This document shows positions 53,125 to 64,000 of a DNA stretch of 64,000 bases, piece after piece. Under the pieces are notes generated by a model, which ran no database searches, had not been told where the DNA came from, and saw nothing but the letters and a program-made list of their open reading frames with translations. A program made the position numbers and the translations under genes. This DNA is from Octopus vulgaris (Eukaryota): positions 103,664,001-103,728,000 of the forward strand of contig OX597816.1 in assembly GCA_951406725.2 (NCBI GenBank). The letters are read 5' to 3'. The first letter of the stretch is position 1, and each line of letters begins with the position of its first letter.

Positions 53125-53336
53125 TCTAGATGATTGTCCAACCTGCAAGAAATAGCAGCTTAGTATCCCTTAAATTAATGTCCAGTTTTAAACAAAGAAG
53201 GACATATCAGATAATGCAGTCCTAGATATTCCTAAAATGAAGAGATGGTAATGGCTGAAAAACTTTTGATTGAATGTACTTGATCAGGAATAACTAATGG
53301 CTAAACACCAACAATGCCTACAACTACAACAACAAC
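53125..53336 (+). repeat. Repeat family E copy
   Basis: acctgcaagaaatagcagc...gaaggacatatcagataatgcagtcctagata...ggctaaaca...caacaacaac. Confidence 0.65.
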
Positions 53337-55428
53337 CTGACCAATTCTCAAAATCTTCTCAAGTCACATATAACAGTGTCACTTGATCTGCCTACTAGAA
53401 TTAATTTAGGCTACTTATTTGTGTTACTCTAGTAAGAAGTGAGGACCCATGAAAAGAAAAGGTTTTATGAACCAATGTGAGAATTTCTACTGTGATGTTT
53501 TGACCTGCATCAAACAGTAGCTAAATTTCTATCAAATCATATCACATCATCGTGAAAGGAAAGATAGCCATATTGGGGGATTTGGAAAGAATGTCTTTTA
53601 TCATAGGTTTGCTTGATATGGGCTTCTTGGAGCTAGAGAACAACAACAAAATATTTTTAGAGCATGATGCCTGAATTCAATTGAATAATAAATTGCATCA
53701 TCACCAATGATTTCTCCAGTATTGACCTTCATTCTTATACATAAAGTACAATATTGCTATTACAGAAATCTTGTTCTTGTTACTTTCATATTTCATATGT
53801 TCACAACATATGTTCAGCTTTTCTAAATCAATAAAATTAGTACTAATCAATCATTGAGATTGATATAATTGACTCTGCTCTCCTCTCCCTTCCAGAGTTT
53901 ATTGTTTTATTTTTGTCAGAAAACCTTATTTTAGTATCTGTTACTTCTGTCATATACAACATTTGGTTAGCCTTACTCTTTGCTATTTTGGATACATAAT
54001 GTGGAAGCTGATTCATATTATTATCATTGTTGTTTAGCCCCTGGTTAGTCCTGACTGAGCAGTTGTATGATCAAATGCATTTCTATCCTGATCATTCAGA
54101 TTTTGTATTTTCATTTTTTTCCAACAGAATGCATATAGGTCTACATCAAGTGTCCAAACCATGCCAGCATGGAAAATGGATGTTAAAGGATGATGATGAT
54201 CTTCATCACCCAATGTGTCGTTCCTGCTTTCAGATTGCAGGGTATGATTCAAAGGGGATTAGGCTTCTGTTTCTCAGAGATCATGTAGCTATATAGCAGT
54301 TTCATTGTTGGCTTGTGTTGACTTTCCTCAGTCATTATATTTTTTCCTTTTTTAAAGGTGGCAGAGCTTTAGTTTTGCTCGACTAACAAAACAGGTTTCT
54401 CTCTGTATTTTATGTTTATATGGTTAACAATATGGAAAAGTATCCAACTGTAAAAACAACTGCTCTTAGAAAATACAAATGACAGTTTTGTCCCATCTGT
54501 CTAAGCAAAGAAAAATAGATGAAAAAAAGTTGAGAAAAATATATTACAACATGAAAGAAAAATTAACCATGAATCATTGATATTAAAAGACAATCAAACG
54601 GTAATATAAAAGATAAATGTTTGAGCTTACTGAATGCAATAACCTTTAAGATAAGTTATAATGGTCATAAAATTCATATGAATTGCATGACTAACATGAC
54701 TATATGAAGAGCCATGAAAACATTCTATAAAACAGAATAGGAAATGTAGTCAATCAGAGCTTAGTATATTAACAAAAAAACAAAGAAACATACACACATA
54801 CTCTCTCTCTCTCTCTCTATTTCATGCACACACACACACACATGATTGACTCTGCTGATTTTGATGTGGGAGCATCCAGTTGCTTGATCAAATGGACAAG
54901 CTACTCATTGACTCAGTATATAATGTTGACAGGCATTCGATAGAGACACATATACCCTTAATGTAATTCTTGGGTGTGTGTGTATGCATGTAAGTATGTG
55001 TGCTTGAATACATGTATGCATATTCGTGGGTGTATGTATATATTATGTATATATGTTTAATCACAATAAATTGGGCTGGTTAGATAATGTTAGTGATAAA
55101 ACAAATTCCAGATGTAGCTATAGAGAAAGTTCAGGAAATATTTTGTCAATATAAGAGGTAGTTATTGACATGCAGTAATAAATTCATCACTGCAGAACAG
55201 AAAGGACTGTAGGGTTTCTTCTCAATTAATAAAATGAAATAAATGAATTAAGACATTAAGTGACCAATTACATTAAATCACATTAAGTGATGCTACTTCC
55301 ACTGTGCCTTTCTTGATACCTCCCTCAATTTTCTCTTTCACTATCACCCTGTCTGTTAGTCTCTCTCCTCTTCCATACACACTTATTGCACATATGATGG
55401 ATTCCCCTTCAAATTTTATATAGGAACA

Positions 55429-55478
<50 letters not shown>

Positions 55479-55524
55479 CATGTGAGCACAGTTACACATG
55501 CATACATATATATTCATATAATAA

Positions 55525-55800
55525 TCACATGATCATATGACCAACCAAACTATTGGTTGTTGTTATACATCACTGGTCACAATAGGCTTTATCTTGTTTT
55601 TAGCTTTTGAATGATGCCACCCCACTGTTTTGGCTAGTAGGCCAACATTCCGCCTGAGTGGAAAAGCCAGTCTGTCTCAGGATTACCCATTTACAGATGA
55701 GTGGACTGGAGCGACATGAAATGAAGTGTTTTGCTCAAGAACATAATGCACCATTTAGCTTGGGAATTGACACCATGATCTAGTGATCATGAGTCCCACA
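55525..55800 (-). mobile_element. SINE family C-related copy (CORE-like block, different 3' part)
   Basis: tacccatttacagatgagtggactggagcgacatgaaatgaagtgttttgctcaagaaca is the reverse complement of the core of 58310-58574. Confidence 0.7.
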
Positions 55801-55883
55801 CATCTTCACATGTACATATCAAAATATATAATGAAAATTTGTTGAGAGGCATAAAATACTAAATGCGTTAAATAATGATTAAC

Positions 55884-55922
<39 letters not shown>

Positions 55923-58309
55923 ATATATATCATACACATTTGTTCTTTGATTAGAACACAGTTCTAGCAGAGTGGAAATAGTTGATTATTTTATAACAGA
56001 AATTGGCGAAATAGAATTGCTATTGTTACTGTTGTTACCTGGAATGACAGGATAAAATGCTTTGTTATGACTGTTGTTTTTATTGTTTAACATGTAACCC
56101 AGAATACATTATCCAATGTGTTTATTATTCAAGGTGGTAGGTTGTTTAAGGTGGTAGGATGTTTAGGAGCTATTTCTATTGGGTCAAATATTCCACACAT
56201 GTGCTCAATTGTTGACTTGAAAAGTCTATGCTGTATTGATGGTGTGGAACATCTAGGTTACATATTGTTCCTTTATCCTTATCTCATTGGTTATTGGTGT
56301 TGTTCCCTAGTAATAAACGTATGTTATGGACTAGTGGTCAGTGCATTGCCTTTATTTCGATGCTAACTGATATTCATAGAACAAAGTTATAAAACGTCTT
56401 TGTTTTGAAATATAATTGATAGAAGTTAGCCAATATCAACTTCAGCTACCAAATTGAATAAAATCATATTTTTAAATTCTTTTTTTTTTCTTTTTTTTTA
56501 TAACCATAAAAATATTTATAAATTTATTGGTTTTGATCTGGAAAGATAATTCAGTGACCATATTTATTTTGATTAATGGTAATTAACTTTAAAATAGCCA
56601 CAACTATCTTTCAGAAAATAACAATATTTCTCTAGTAATGACAAAATTGTCTAGGCTTTTTATATCTAAGTAATATAATGAAATTAATTTAACCATTACA
56701 GCAATAAAATTACTTGGTATTAATTCTGTTTTTGTTGAATTGGGAAGTATAAAATTCAAAACAAAGCAATACTCTAATGAATTACTAGAATGCATTTTAT
56801 CTCAGTGTAATGTGACTTGATTAATGTAGTTTTGATGTTGCTCTTGTTGTTTTCCTCAAGTTGACCCTGATTGCCCTTATCTATAAACAAAGGCATACAA
56901 ACCTTAACCATTTCATTTTCATTTCAGGTATAGGATATCTAAGAATACATCATACAATATATTTGTTTTTAATAGAATATAAATGAAGAAATTTAGTTGC
57001 TAGTTATAGAAGGTCAAGCCAACATATATTATACTGTAGCTCAATATAGTGCAATAGTGTAGTAATGTAGAATGGAGTTCCAGGTGATTTTAAATGTGTT
57101 TATACCTGTAGTTTTCCACTCCATGTAGGCTTGATTGAGCAAATCTATGAGGCCCATTGTGGCCCTTCTCTTGTCTATTTTAATGTATAGTGTATCGAAG
57201 ACTAAACTATTCAATGTGTTCTTTTTTTCATCTTCACTTTCAAGAGTATGGAATCAGTACCAACAGTACACTGTACTTGATCCAACTTACTTCACTTTTT
57301 CCATCTAAAATCTCTGTAATTTCATTGTTATTGTCTCAAGCAGAAATAAGTATTGTTAGGGTCTATCAATTGTGGGATTAATTATGCCCAGAAAGAAATG
57401 CCTGGTTGCAATATGAAGTTTTTAACCAGACAGTCAAGTGCGTAATAACGATATATTTCTTTTCCAAGTTCTCAATTTGATAATCACTTATTTGTAAGAG
57501 ACAGACTAGGTAATTTTTTGAAAATAAACTTTCTCACTATGTCTATCTATCTATATATGTATATATATATATATATATATATAAAATCATCATCATCAAA
57601 ATTATCATAACATCCATTTTTCCATGGGTTGGATGGAGTTTATTAAGCCAGATGTTCTATGGCTGGATGCTCTTCCTGTTGCATGTATATACCTTTTATC
57701 AATTTTTTTTCGATATTATTTAAGGACATTTGAATGGTCATTTAAAATTTAACAAAAAATTTTATCTTTGGCAAATTTTGGATTCAATGTTAATAGTCAG
57801 ACTAACTTCAAAAACTGTTGTAATATACATCTAAACTAATTTCCCTTGACATTTGTTGCTGATAGTGCCTACATTTCAACTTTAATTTATATTTCTTAAC
57901 AAAGTTGTTTATTTGTGTTTTTTTTTTTTAAATTTATTACCTTCTATTTTTAATTTATAAATTATTTTCTGCTTTGTTGCAAATTGTTATTGTTGGAGCA
58001 TGTGTGTGTGTGTGAGATTATAACTGTTCTTTGTGTGGGTGTAGTTGTGTGTTTACACCTGCATGTGTTATTTTTACGCAAACATCTAGCTTAATTTAGG
58101 TGCAGTGTTTATTCTGGTTTTATTTGTCCAAATGTTATTTTCATTGTCTTTCTCTTGCATCACAATGACTAAGTGGTAGAAACAATATGACTGTGTACAT
58201 AATGAATTGGTTATTAGATTACTATCTATGGAATCATGAATTCAAATTCACTGCTGGCATTTTATTGTGTTCTTGAACAAAACCTTTTATTTATCCCTAA
58301 TACATCTAC

Positions 58310-58574
58310 GTGGAGGCGCATGGCTTAGTGGTTAGGGTGTCAGCATCATGATCGTAAGATTGCGGTTTCAATTCCTGGACTGGCCGACGTGTTGTGTTCT
58401 TGAGCAAAACACTTCATTTCACGTTGCTCCAGTCCACTCAGCTGGCAAAAATGAGTAACGCTGCGATGGGCTGGCATTCCATCCAGCTGGGGAACACATA
58501 TGCCAAAGAAACCGGGAAATCGGGCCCATGAGTCTGGGTAGGTTTTAAAAGGGTGCATTTATTTTATTTTATTT
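58310..58574 (+). mobile_element. SINE family C, full length (tRNA head, CORE-like domain, (ATTTT)n tail) with 12-bp TSD
   Basis: tggcttagtgg A box; ggtttcaattcc B box; ttgtgttcttgagcaaaacacttc...ccagtccactcagctgg core; TSD taatacatctac at 58298-58309 and 58575-58586. Confidence 0.92.
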
Positions 58575-59176
58575 TAATACATCTACTGCCACAAAACAAA
58601 TCAAGGCAGTCATTCAATCTGCTTGAAATGGCAACCAGATGTCCTTAAAATTTCTAGCTATTGTCTAAAATAAAGGACACATTTCCCAATGTAGTCCATT
58701 ATATATAAAAAAGATGAGATAATTGCAAGAGGAATACCTTTGATCATAAATTTGCTTGATCAGGTTTGATCAGAGATTAAATGAGCAACTAAATTTACCC
58801 TTAAAAATCTAACGGGGGTTTGGAAGGTCATTTCCATTACAATATACACCAGTCCCAATATCATCGTAATCATAAATTGTTAAGCTAGCTATCATTCCAT
58901 CTCTATAATTATGTATTTATTCAGTCAATTAATGTACTTTAGTCACTTCATTTTACTCAGTTTCTTCAGTTTCACTTTTCTTGATGTCTTATCAGTCATC
59001 ATAATTTTTCATTCATGCCTCAGTCAACAGACTTTTGCTCCTTTATCAAGAAACACTTATCAGTTTCCACTCTATCTGTCTTCATATAACAAGATAATCA
59101 TAATTCATAATCATTATTCACCAAGCACTATTTAAGTTTCACTACTTTCTCAAATGTTTGTAGTCCTTATGCTTAT

Positions 59177-59221
<45 letters not shown>

Positions 59222-60621
59222 CACACACACACACATACACACACACACAGAGTTAGTCAGTCATAAATTGTCTCATATACAATTACTTACATATATTAAC
59301 AGATTTTATTAATAACACTATAGCATTATCAAAATCTTGGTCTTTGGAGTTTTCTTGCTTCACACTTATATGTAGCAAATTGGCAGAGCTGTTAAGAATG
59401 TGGGATAAAATGCTTTGCAGTGTTTGTTCCAGTATACCATGATCTGAGTTCAAATCTCACCAAGGTCAAATTCCTTTCTATTTGACATGACCTTTTTTGG
59501 AAAGTAACTAATAGAAAGTACCACTAAAGTAGAATGGTAGAATTGTTGGAGCGTTGACCTAACAGGTTGTGGTATTTGCTTTGGCCCCTTTCATTCTGAG
59601 TTCTTGTGGTCCTTTAAGGGAGTTTTTGTTGTAACATTGAGGCCAAATATTCAGTTTCAGGATAACTTACTCCTTCTTCTAACCTGTTTACCTGGCTTTG
59701 AAAAAAAAATAAAGGACCATAGATGTTGCTTTTCTAGTGGTTGATTTGTAAAACAATAATTAATTAAAGTAACATCTGTTAAAAGGTTTCTAGATTTTCT
59801 TTCCACTGTAGCTAGGCCTTCACTGGATAAAATCATTGTTTTCTGTTTCAATACAAGAAAATAAGAACTTGTGAGAAGTGTGTCTTTATACCCATAACCC
59901 ATATAAACAGACAGTTTAATACCATATATGCATTAACCAAGAAAGAAGTCATTTTTACATCCTTTAATCTACAAGCCCTTTGTTACTTGTTGTTTAGTTT
60001 GATGGGTAGAATCAAAATTCTTAGTCAAACATAATTTTATTTTGTTACTCCTTATCTTTTGTTTGGTCAATGTTTTTATGATATAGAAGAAATGGCAGAA
60101 TTCAGTCTAAAATTATCATCACTTCTGGCTCACTGTTCTGCTTACTAAACTATCATTTGACATCTAATCATTTATATTCAATACTAATGACTGATTAATA
60201 CCCATCAACAGAAACATTAAATGTTGTAATCTGAACATGATCCAAAATGCCGATAGTCATGTAATTATTTAAGTCTTCGATGTACAATGCAAAAGCTTTT
60301 ATGTTATATTTAACAGTAATTATCTACTAGTGAAATTTGCAATATCATCATTGCAAATAGAAAGAAATTTGGGGTTTAGATACAAGGAAATCTTATTGAT
60401 TTTTCACTGATATTCATTAACTCAAAATTGACTCAGACATTATCCCATTATCCGATATTAATATAAACTGGGATACTAATTCTGAATAAGCAATAAGATG
60501 TTAAGTCTCTATGGCAGAGATAACAGGTTCAAACATCAGCTGTATTATGTAGTTTTTATTGTGCGGCTAGTTGAAATATAATTGATGAGTGACTAAGTTG
60601 CTTGACTACTGACTATATAGA

Positions 60622-60997
60622 AGGTACTGGCATGACTGTGTGGTAAAAAGCTTGCTTCCTAACTTCATAGATTCATGTTCAGTCTCACTGTGTGGCAACT
60701 TGGGCAAATGCCTTCTATTATAAGCCCGGGTTAACCAAGGCCTTGTTAGTGGATTTGCCAGACAGAAACTGACAGAAGGAGATTGTTGGATATATACTCT
60801 TTTACTCTTGTTTCAGTCATTTGACTGTGGCCATGCTGGAGCACCGCCTTTAGTTGAACAAATCAACCCCAGGAATTATTCTTTGTAAGCCTAGTACTTA
60901 TCCTGAGAGTCTCTTTTGCTAAACTGCTAAGTTACAGGGATGTAAACATGCCAACATTGGTTGTCAAGTGATGGTGGGGGGACAAACATAGCCACAA

Positions 60998-61039
<42 letters not shown>

Positions 61040-61256
61040 GATGGGCTTCTTATAGTTTCCATCTACCAAATCCATTCACATGGCTTTGGTTTGCCCATGG
61101 TTATAGTAGAAGATACTTGCCCAAGGTGACATGCAGTGGCACTGAACCTGGAACCATGTGGCTGGTTAGTCCTGAGGTCAATTTGTTTGATCAAACTCTT
61201 CAAAGCAGTGCCCCAGGATGGCCACAGTCCAACTACCAAAACAAGTGACAAATAAA
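60622..61256. mobile_element. Nested, oppositely oriented SINE family A copies
   Basis: + head at 60622-60778; - copy at 60795-61169; + tail at ~61169-61256. Confidence 0.82.
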
Positions 61257-61428
61257 TGATAGTCATAAATTCCAATTATTTTGAAGCTATTATTTTGTGT
61301 TTCACTAAAGCAAGTAATTTTACCAGTCCCTTTCTTGTCCCTTGCACACCTGACTCACATCTCAGCAAGTTGTGTCATAGCAGTCATTTGACATTATACT
61401 CAACTTTATCTTTTATCAGGGTCTAAAG

Positions 61429-62095
61429 CTGGGGTGCCTACACCCGCTGGGTGTGTATGATGGCATTTCAATAGATGACAAAGTAGGAAAGTACATATGT
61501 TATTAAAATCACTTTTACAAATAAAATTATCAACTTTTAAAAATAGCAATATTGCATTAAGTACACAAATCATTTTATCATTTTACTTATTATGACCAAG
61601 AAATCTGTCCTCATTCCATTTATATCAACACATTTGTATAAACCTGAATTCAGTTCTCTTCTGTCAATCAAGACAAAATGAAAGAATTATTTGAATCCAC
61701 AGGCAGATCTTTGGGTTGCAACCAGTTAGGTAGTTTTATGATTTGACAAAGTTGCAAATGAGAAGCAGGAACAATCAAGTCATTGTATTTTATGTTCATA
61801 ATTGCTGTTAATTTTACTGTTTACTATTTCCCCCACTTACTCAATTTTCACTTGCATTTTATGTACTGAGTCCAAAGCTTGATTTTTTAAACTTTTATAT
61901 TCAATTTGTTCTTCCACAGTACTGAATGTGGTTCAATTAAAATATGAATAAATTAATACAAAATCAAACTTTTTCACTTCACTTTTAAATGTGATACTGA
62001 TTCATCAATGTTTTCATTTTCAAATATGATATTAACTTTGTACGGGTATGAAATTTAATCAAACATATTGTTACAGAAAATATTTGGAAGCACTG
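61429..62095 (+). mobile_element. Degraded hAT (Charlie/Buster-like) DNA transposon remnant
   Basis: One frame at 61592-61785 reads VLIPFISTHLYKPEFSSLLSIKTK*KNYLNPQADLWVATS*...EKQEQSSH, resembling the hAT C-terminal LIPFATTYLCE.GFS.L..IKTK.RNRL...DLR.A motif. Right end tttggaagcactg is TIR-like; left boundary is uncertain. Confidence 0.72.
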
Positions 62096-62767
62096 TGTTA
62101 TGCATGTAGTTGGCGTTTACATGTCTGAGGTATTTTGGAAGTGCCTGTGCTCTTTACAGGTTGACAATCGACAAGTTCTAGTCTTATTTCATTGTTGAAT
62201 ATCTTATCAGTAGAAATGTTATCAAATAGAAAAAATCAATTGCTGCTCCTATAAACAAAAACATTCCACCTATGCAAACCTGATAAGAGAGCATCTACTT
62301 AAAAGCAAAAGATCATTAAATAAGAAATGTTTGATCTTTGTCAAGATGTTAGTTATTCAAAGTTTAACTGGTTTTAAAACTACACAAATTACACAAACCT
62401 GTTTAGAAAAAAAAAAGAATAAAATAAAATAAAGCAAAGCAAAATGTGAACTGTAAATTAATACGTTTTTAATTAAGCTGTTGTTGATTTAAAATTAAAT
62501 AAAATGCCAATGTTCATGCAATAAAAAGTAAAACTGTTGATTTTAAACTGAAGACTATAAATCTTTAAATTTATCTTATCAATTAAAATATCTGTTTAAT
62601 GTAGAACTAATTGGAAATGTATTTTATTCTTATATCCCTAGAGGTAGAAATTAAACCTAGATCTAAATCGAATAAAAAAAAATACGAAAATGTAATTTTC
62701 TTCCTTCAAAAATTGTATACAAATATTCTATTATCTATTATGGAAATCATTATTTTGACTTTTGCAG

Positions 62768-62864
62768 ATGGAAAATATCTTGGACCGTATGCAAGATGAA
62801 AATACTGGAGTACCTGTGAAAACAGTAAAAAGTTTCATGTCAAAAGTCCCCAGTGTTTTTACAG
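62768..62864 (+). CDS. RGS7: Internal coding exon of an R7-family regulator of G-protein signalling (RGS6/RGS7/EGL-10-like), start of DEP domain
   Basis: Acceptor tattttgacttttgcag|ATG and donor ACAG|gtatgt; 97 nt (phase 0 to phase 1). Translates [32 protein letters not shown](G), versus human RGS7 as I recall it, [33 protein letters not shown] (21/33 identical). RGS6 vs RGS7 cannot be resolved. Not in the ORF track (different frame from the 62611 ORF). Confidence 0.93.
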
Positions 62865-63072
62865 GTATGTTGCACAATATTTTTTTTGTGTATGAAACAA
62901 CTCACATTTATTGTGGCTGAAGGGTAAAATACAGAAGTAGTGAATCAATGATGGAAATATAATAAAAAAACTACTGATGTGAAACTAGCCTACATACTCA
63001 ATTCTCTATGCTGCTATATTATGATATACATACATTATTTACATATATATGTTTATGTATATGCTTATAGGT

Positions 63073-63105
<33 letters not shown>

Positions 63106-63347
63106 AATGTATGTATGCTTATATATATGCTTATATATATGTGTTTATATATATATATATATGTATATGTATATATATGTATATAATGTTGAAGCTGCAG
63201 ATTGAAGATTGCACTTTTCAGTTATTTCAAATATTTTTCATCCTCCTCTCCAGGTGCTCTCTCTCTATAGTCAGCAAGGCTGACAGATGCCATTCATCTA
63301 TTCAAAACTTACCTACATTCATACATACTCTCAATATTACCTCATCT

Positions 63348-63490
63348 GGTGGCAAGCTGGCAGAATCGTTAGCATACCGAGTGAAATGCTTAGTGGTATT
63401 TCGTCTGCCATTACGTTCTGAGCTCAAATTCTGCCGAGATCGACTTTACCTTTTATCTTTTCGGAGTCAATTAAATGAGTACCAGTTACA
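63348..63490 (+). mobile_element. SINE family B 5' portion
   Basis: ggtggcaagctggcagaatcgttagc...ttacgttctgagctcaaattctgccgag...cttttatctttcggagtcaattaaatgagtaccagttac. Confidence 0.85.
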
Positions 63491-63765
63491 TATGTTTATT
63501 CCTACCCTGCCTGAGGTTACCATGGTCTTTTCTGTAGGCTTTTCTTTCCATAAACCTAATTTTACTTTTTACATTTTTAAAACTCTTCTGTGATACACGA
63601 TCCCTATTGATCATTTTCTTCTTTTTTTTTTTTGTTTCTGATCCCTTTTGATAGGAATTTTACTTTCTTTCTTATTTTTCCCCTTTTTTTCATTTTCGAA
63701 AAGAAAGCTCTACATTTTGTATTTGTCCCCTCTGTGTTCAGCCCTGTGTTACCAGTAAAGAAAGT
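63491..63765 (+). mobile_element. Probable Tx1-type LINE 3' UTR
   Basis: T-rich tract ending tttgtcccctctgtgttcagccctgtgttaccagtaaagaaa, similar to the 3' ends at ~26230-26274 and 28155-28200 (rc). Confidence 0.5.
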
Positions 63766-63796
63766 TATCTATCTGTCTGTCTGTTTGTCTATCTAG

Positions 63797-63985
63797 ATTG
63801 ATCACTAGCTACTAAACCTTTTTTATTTTCTCTCTCTGCTTATATCTGTGTTCCTTTCTGTTGAAGAGCGTGGGCTTGAAGCATAAAAGACTTTCTCATT
63901 TCCTGAGCATTAAACTAATGCATCTGTTTGTTGTTTACACACCTGTCTTCATTTTTTTTTTTTTTTTTGTAAATTCCAACTGTAT
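63797..63985 (+). mobile_element. Probable Penelope-like pseudo-LTR fragment with degenerate hammerhead-like motif
   Basis: cttt-CTGTTGA-a-gagc-gtgg-gctt-GAAG-ca-TA-aaag at 63854-63889; the surrounding sequence resembles a repeat I recall from octopus genomes (unverified). Confidence 0.4.
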
Positions 63986-64000
63986 ATGTATATGTGTGTG

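Noticed and set aside
58310-58385. tRNA gene (also heads at 23398 and 34014)
   Set aside because: A and B boxes are present but continue into SINE bodies with tails/TSD; no convincing cloverleaf.
62611-62799. 62-aa ORF overlapping the RGS exon
   Set aside because: Different frame from the conserved DEP peptide; its upstream part is AT-rich intron.

Overview
AT-rich, microsatellite-laden eukaryotic genomic DNA. The SINE, RTE, Tx1, Dong/R4 and Penelope-type repeats resemble what I recall of Octopus (coleoid cephalopod) genomes; that assignment is inference. The only host coding sequence I can support is one 97-nt exon (62768-62864, +) encoding the start of the DEP domain of an R7-family RGS protein (RGS6/7, EGL-10-like), so positions 1-62767 are probably one very large intron. 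That intron is mostly transposon debris. It holds three tRNA-headed SINE families (called A, B and C here) and an unclassified repeat (E); RTE, Tx1 and Dong/R4 LINE fragments; and a deleted mariner, a hAT remnant, a piggyBac MITE and a non-autonomous Helitron. The most unusual items are a TSD-flanked SINE whose promoter region is replaced by an ~82-nt 28S rRNA fragment (28143-28438) and a TSD-flanked Penelope-like inverted-repeat element carrying a near-consensus minimal hammerhead ribozyme (14077-14525). Also notable are a young Dong/R4 copy inside (TAA)n, a head-to-tail SINE array, a SINE/Tx1 shared 3' end and several long hairpins. I found no convincing new multi-gene system. Most listed ORFs are microsatellite or repeat artefacts. 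All homology calls are from memory and need database confirmation; boundaries of degraded repeats are approximate.
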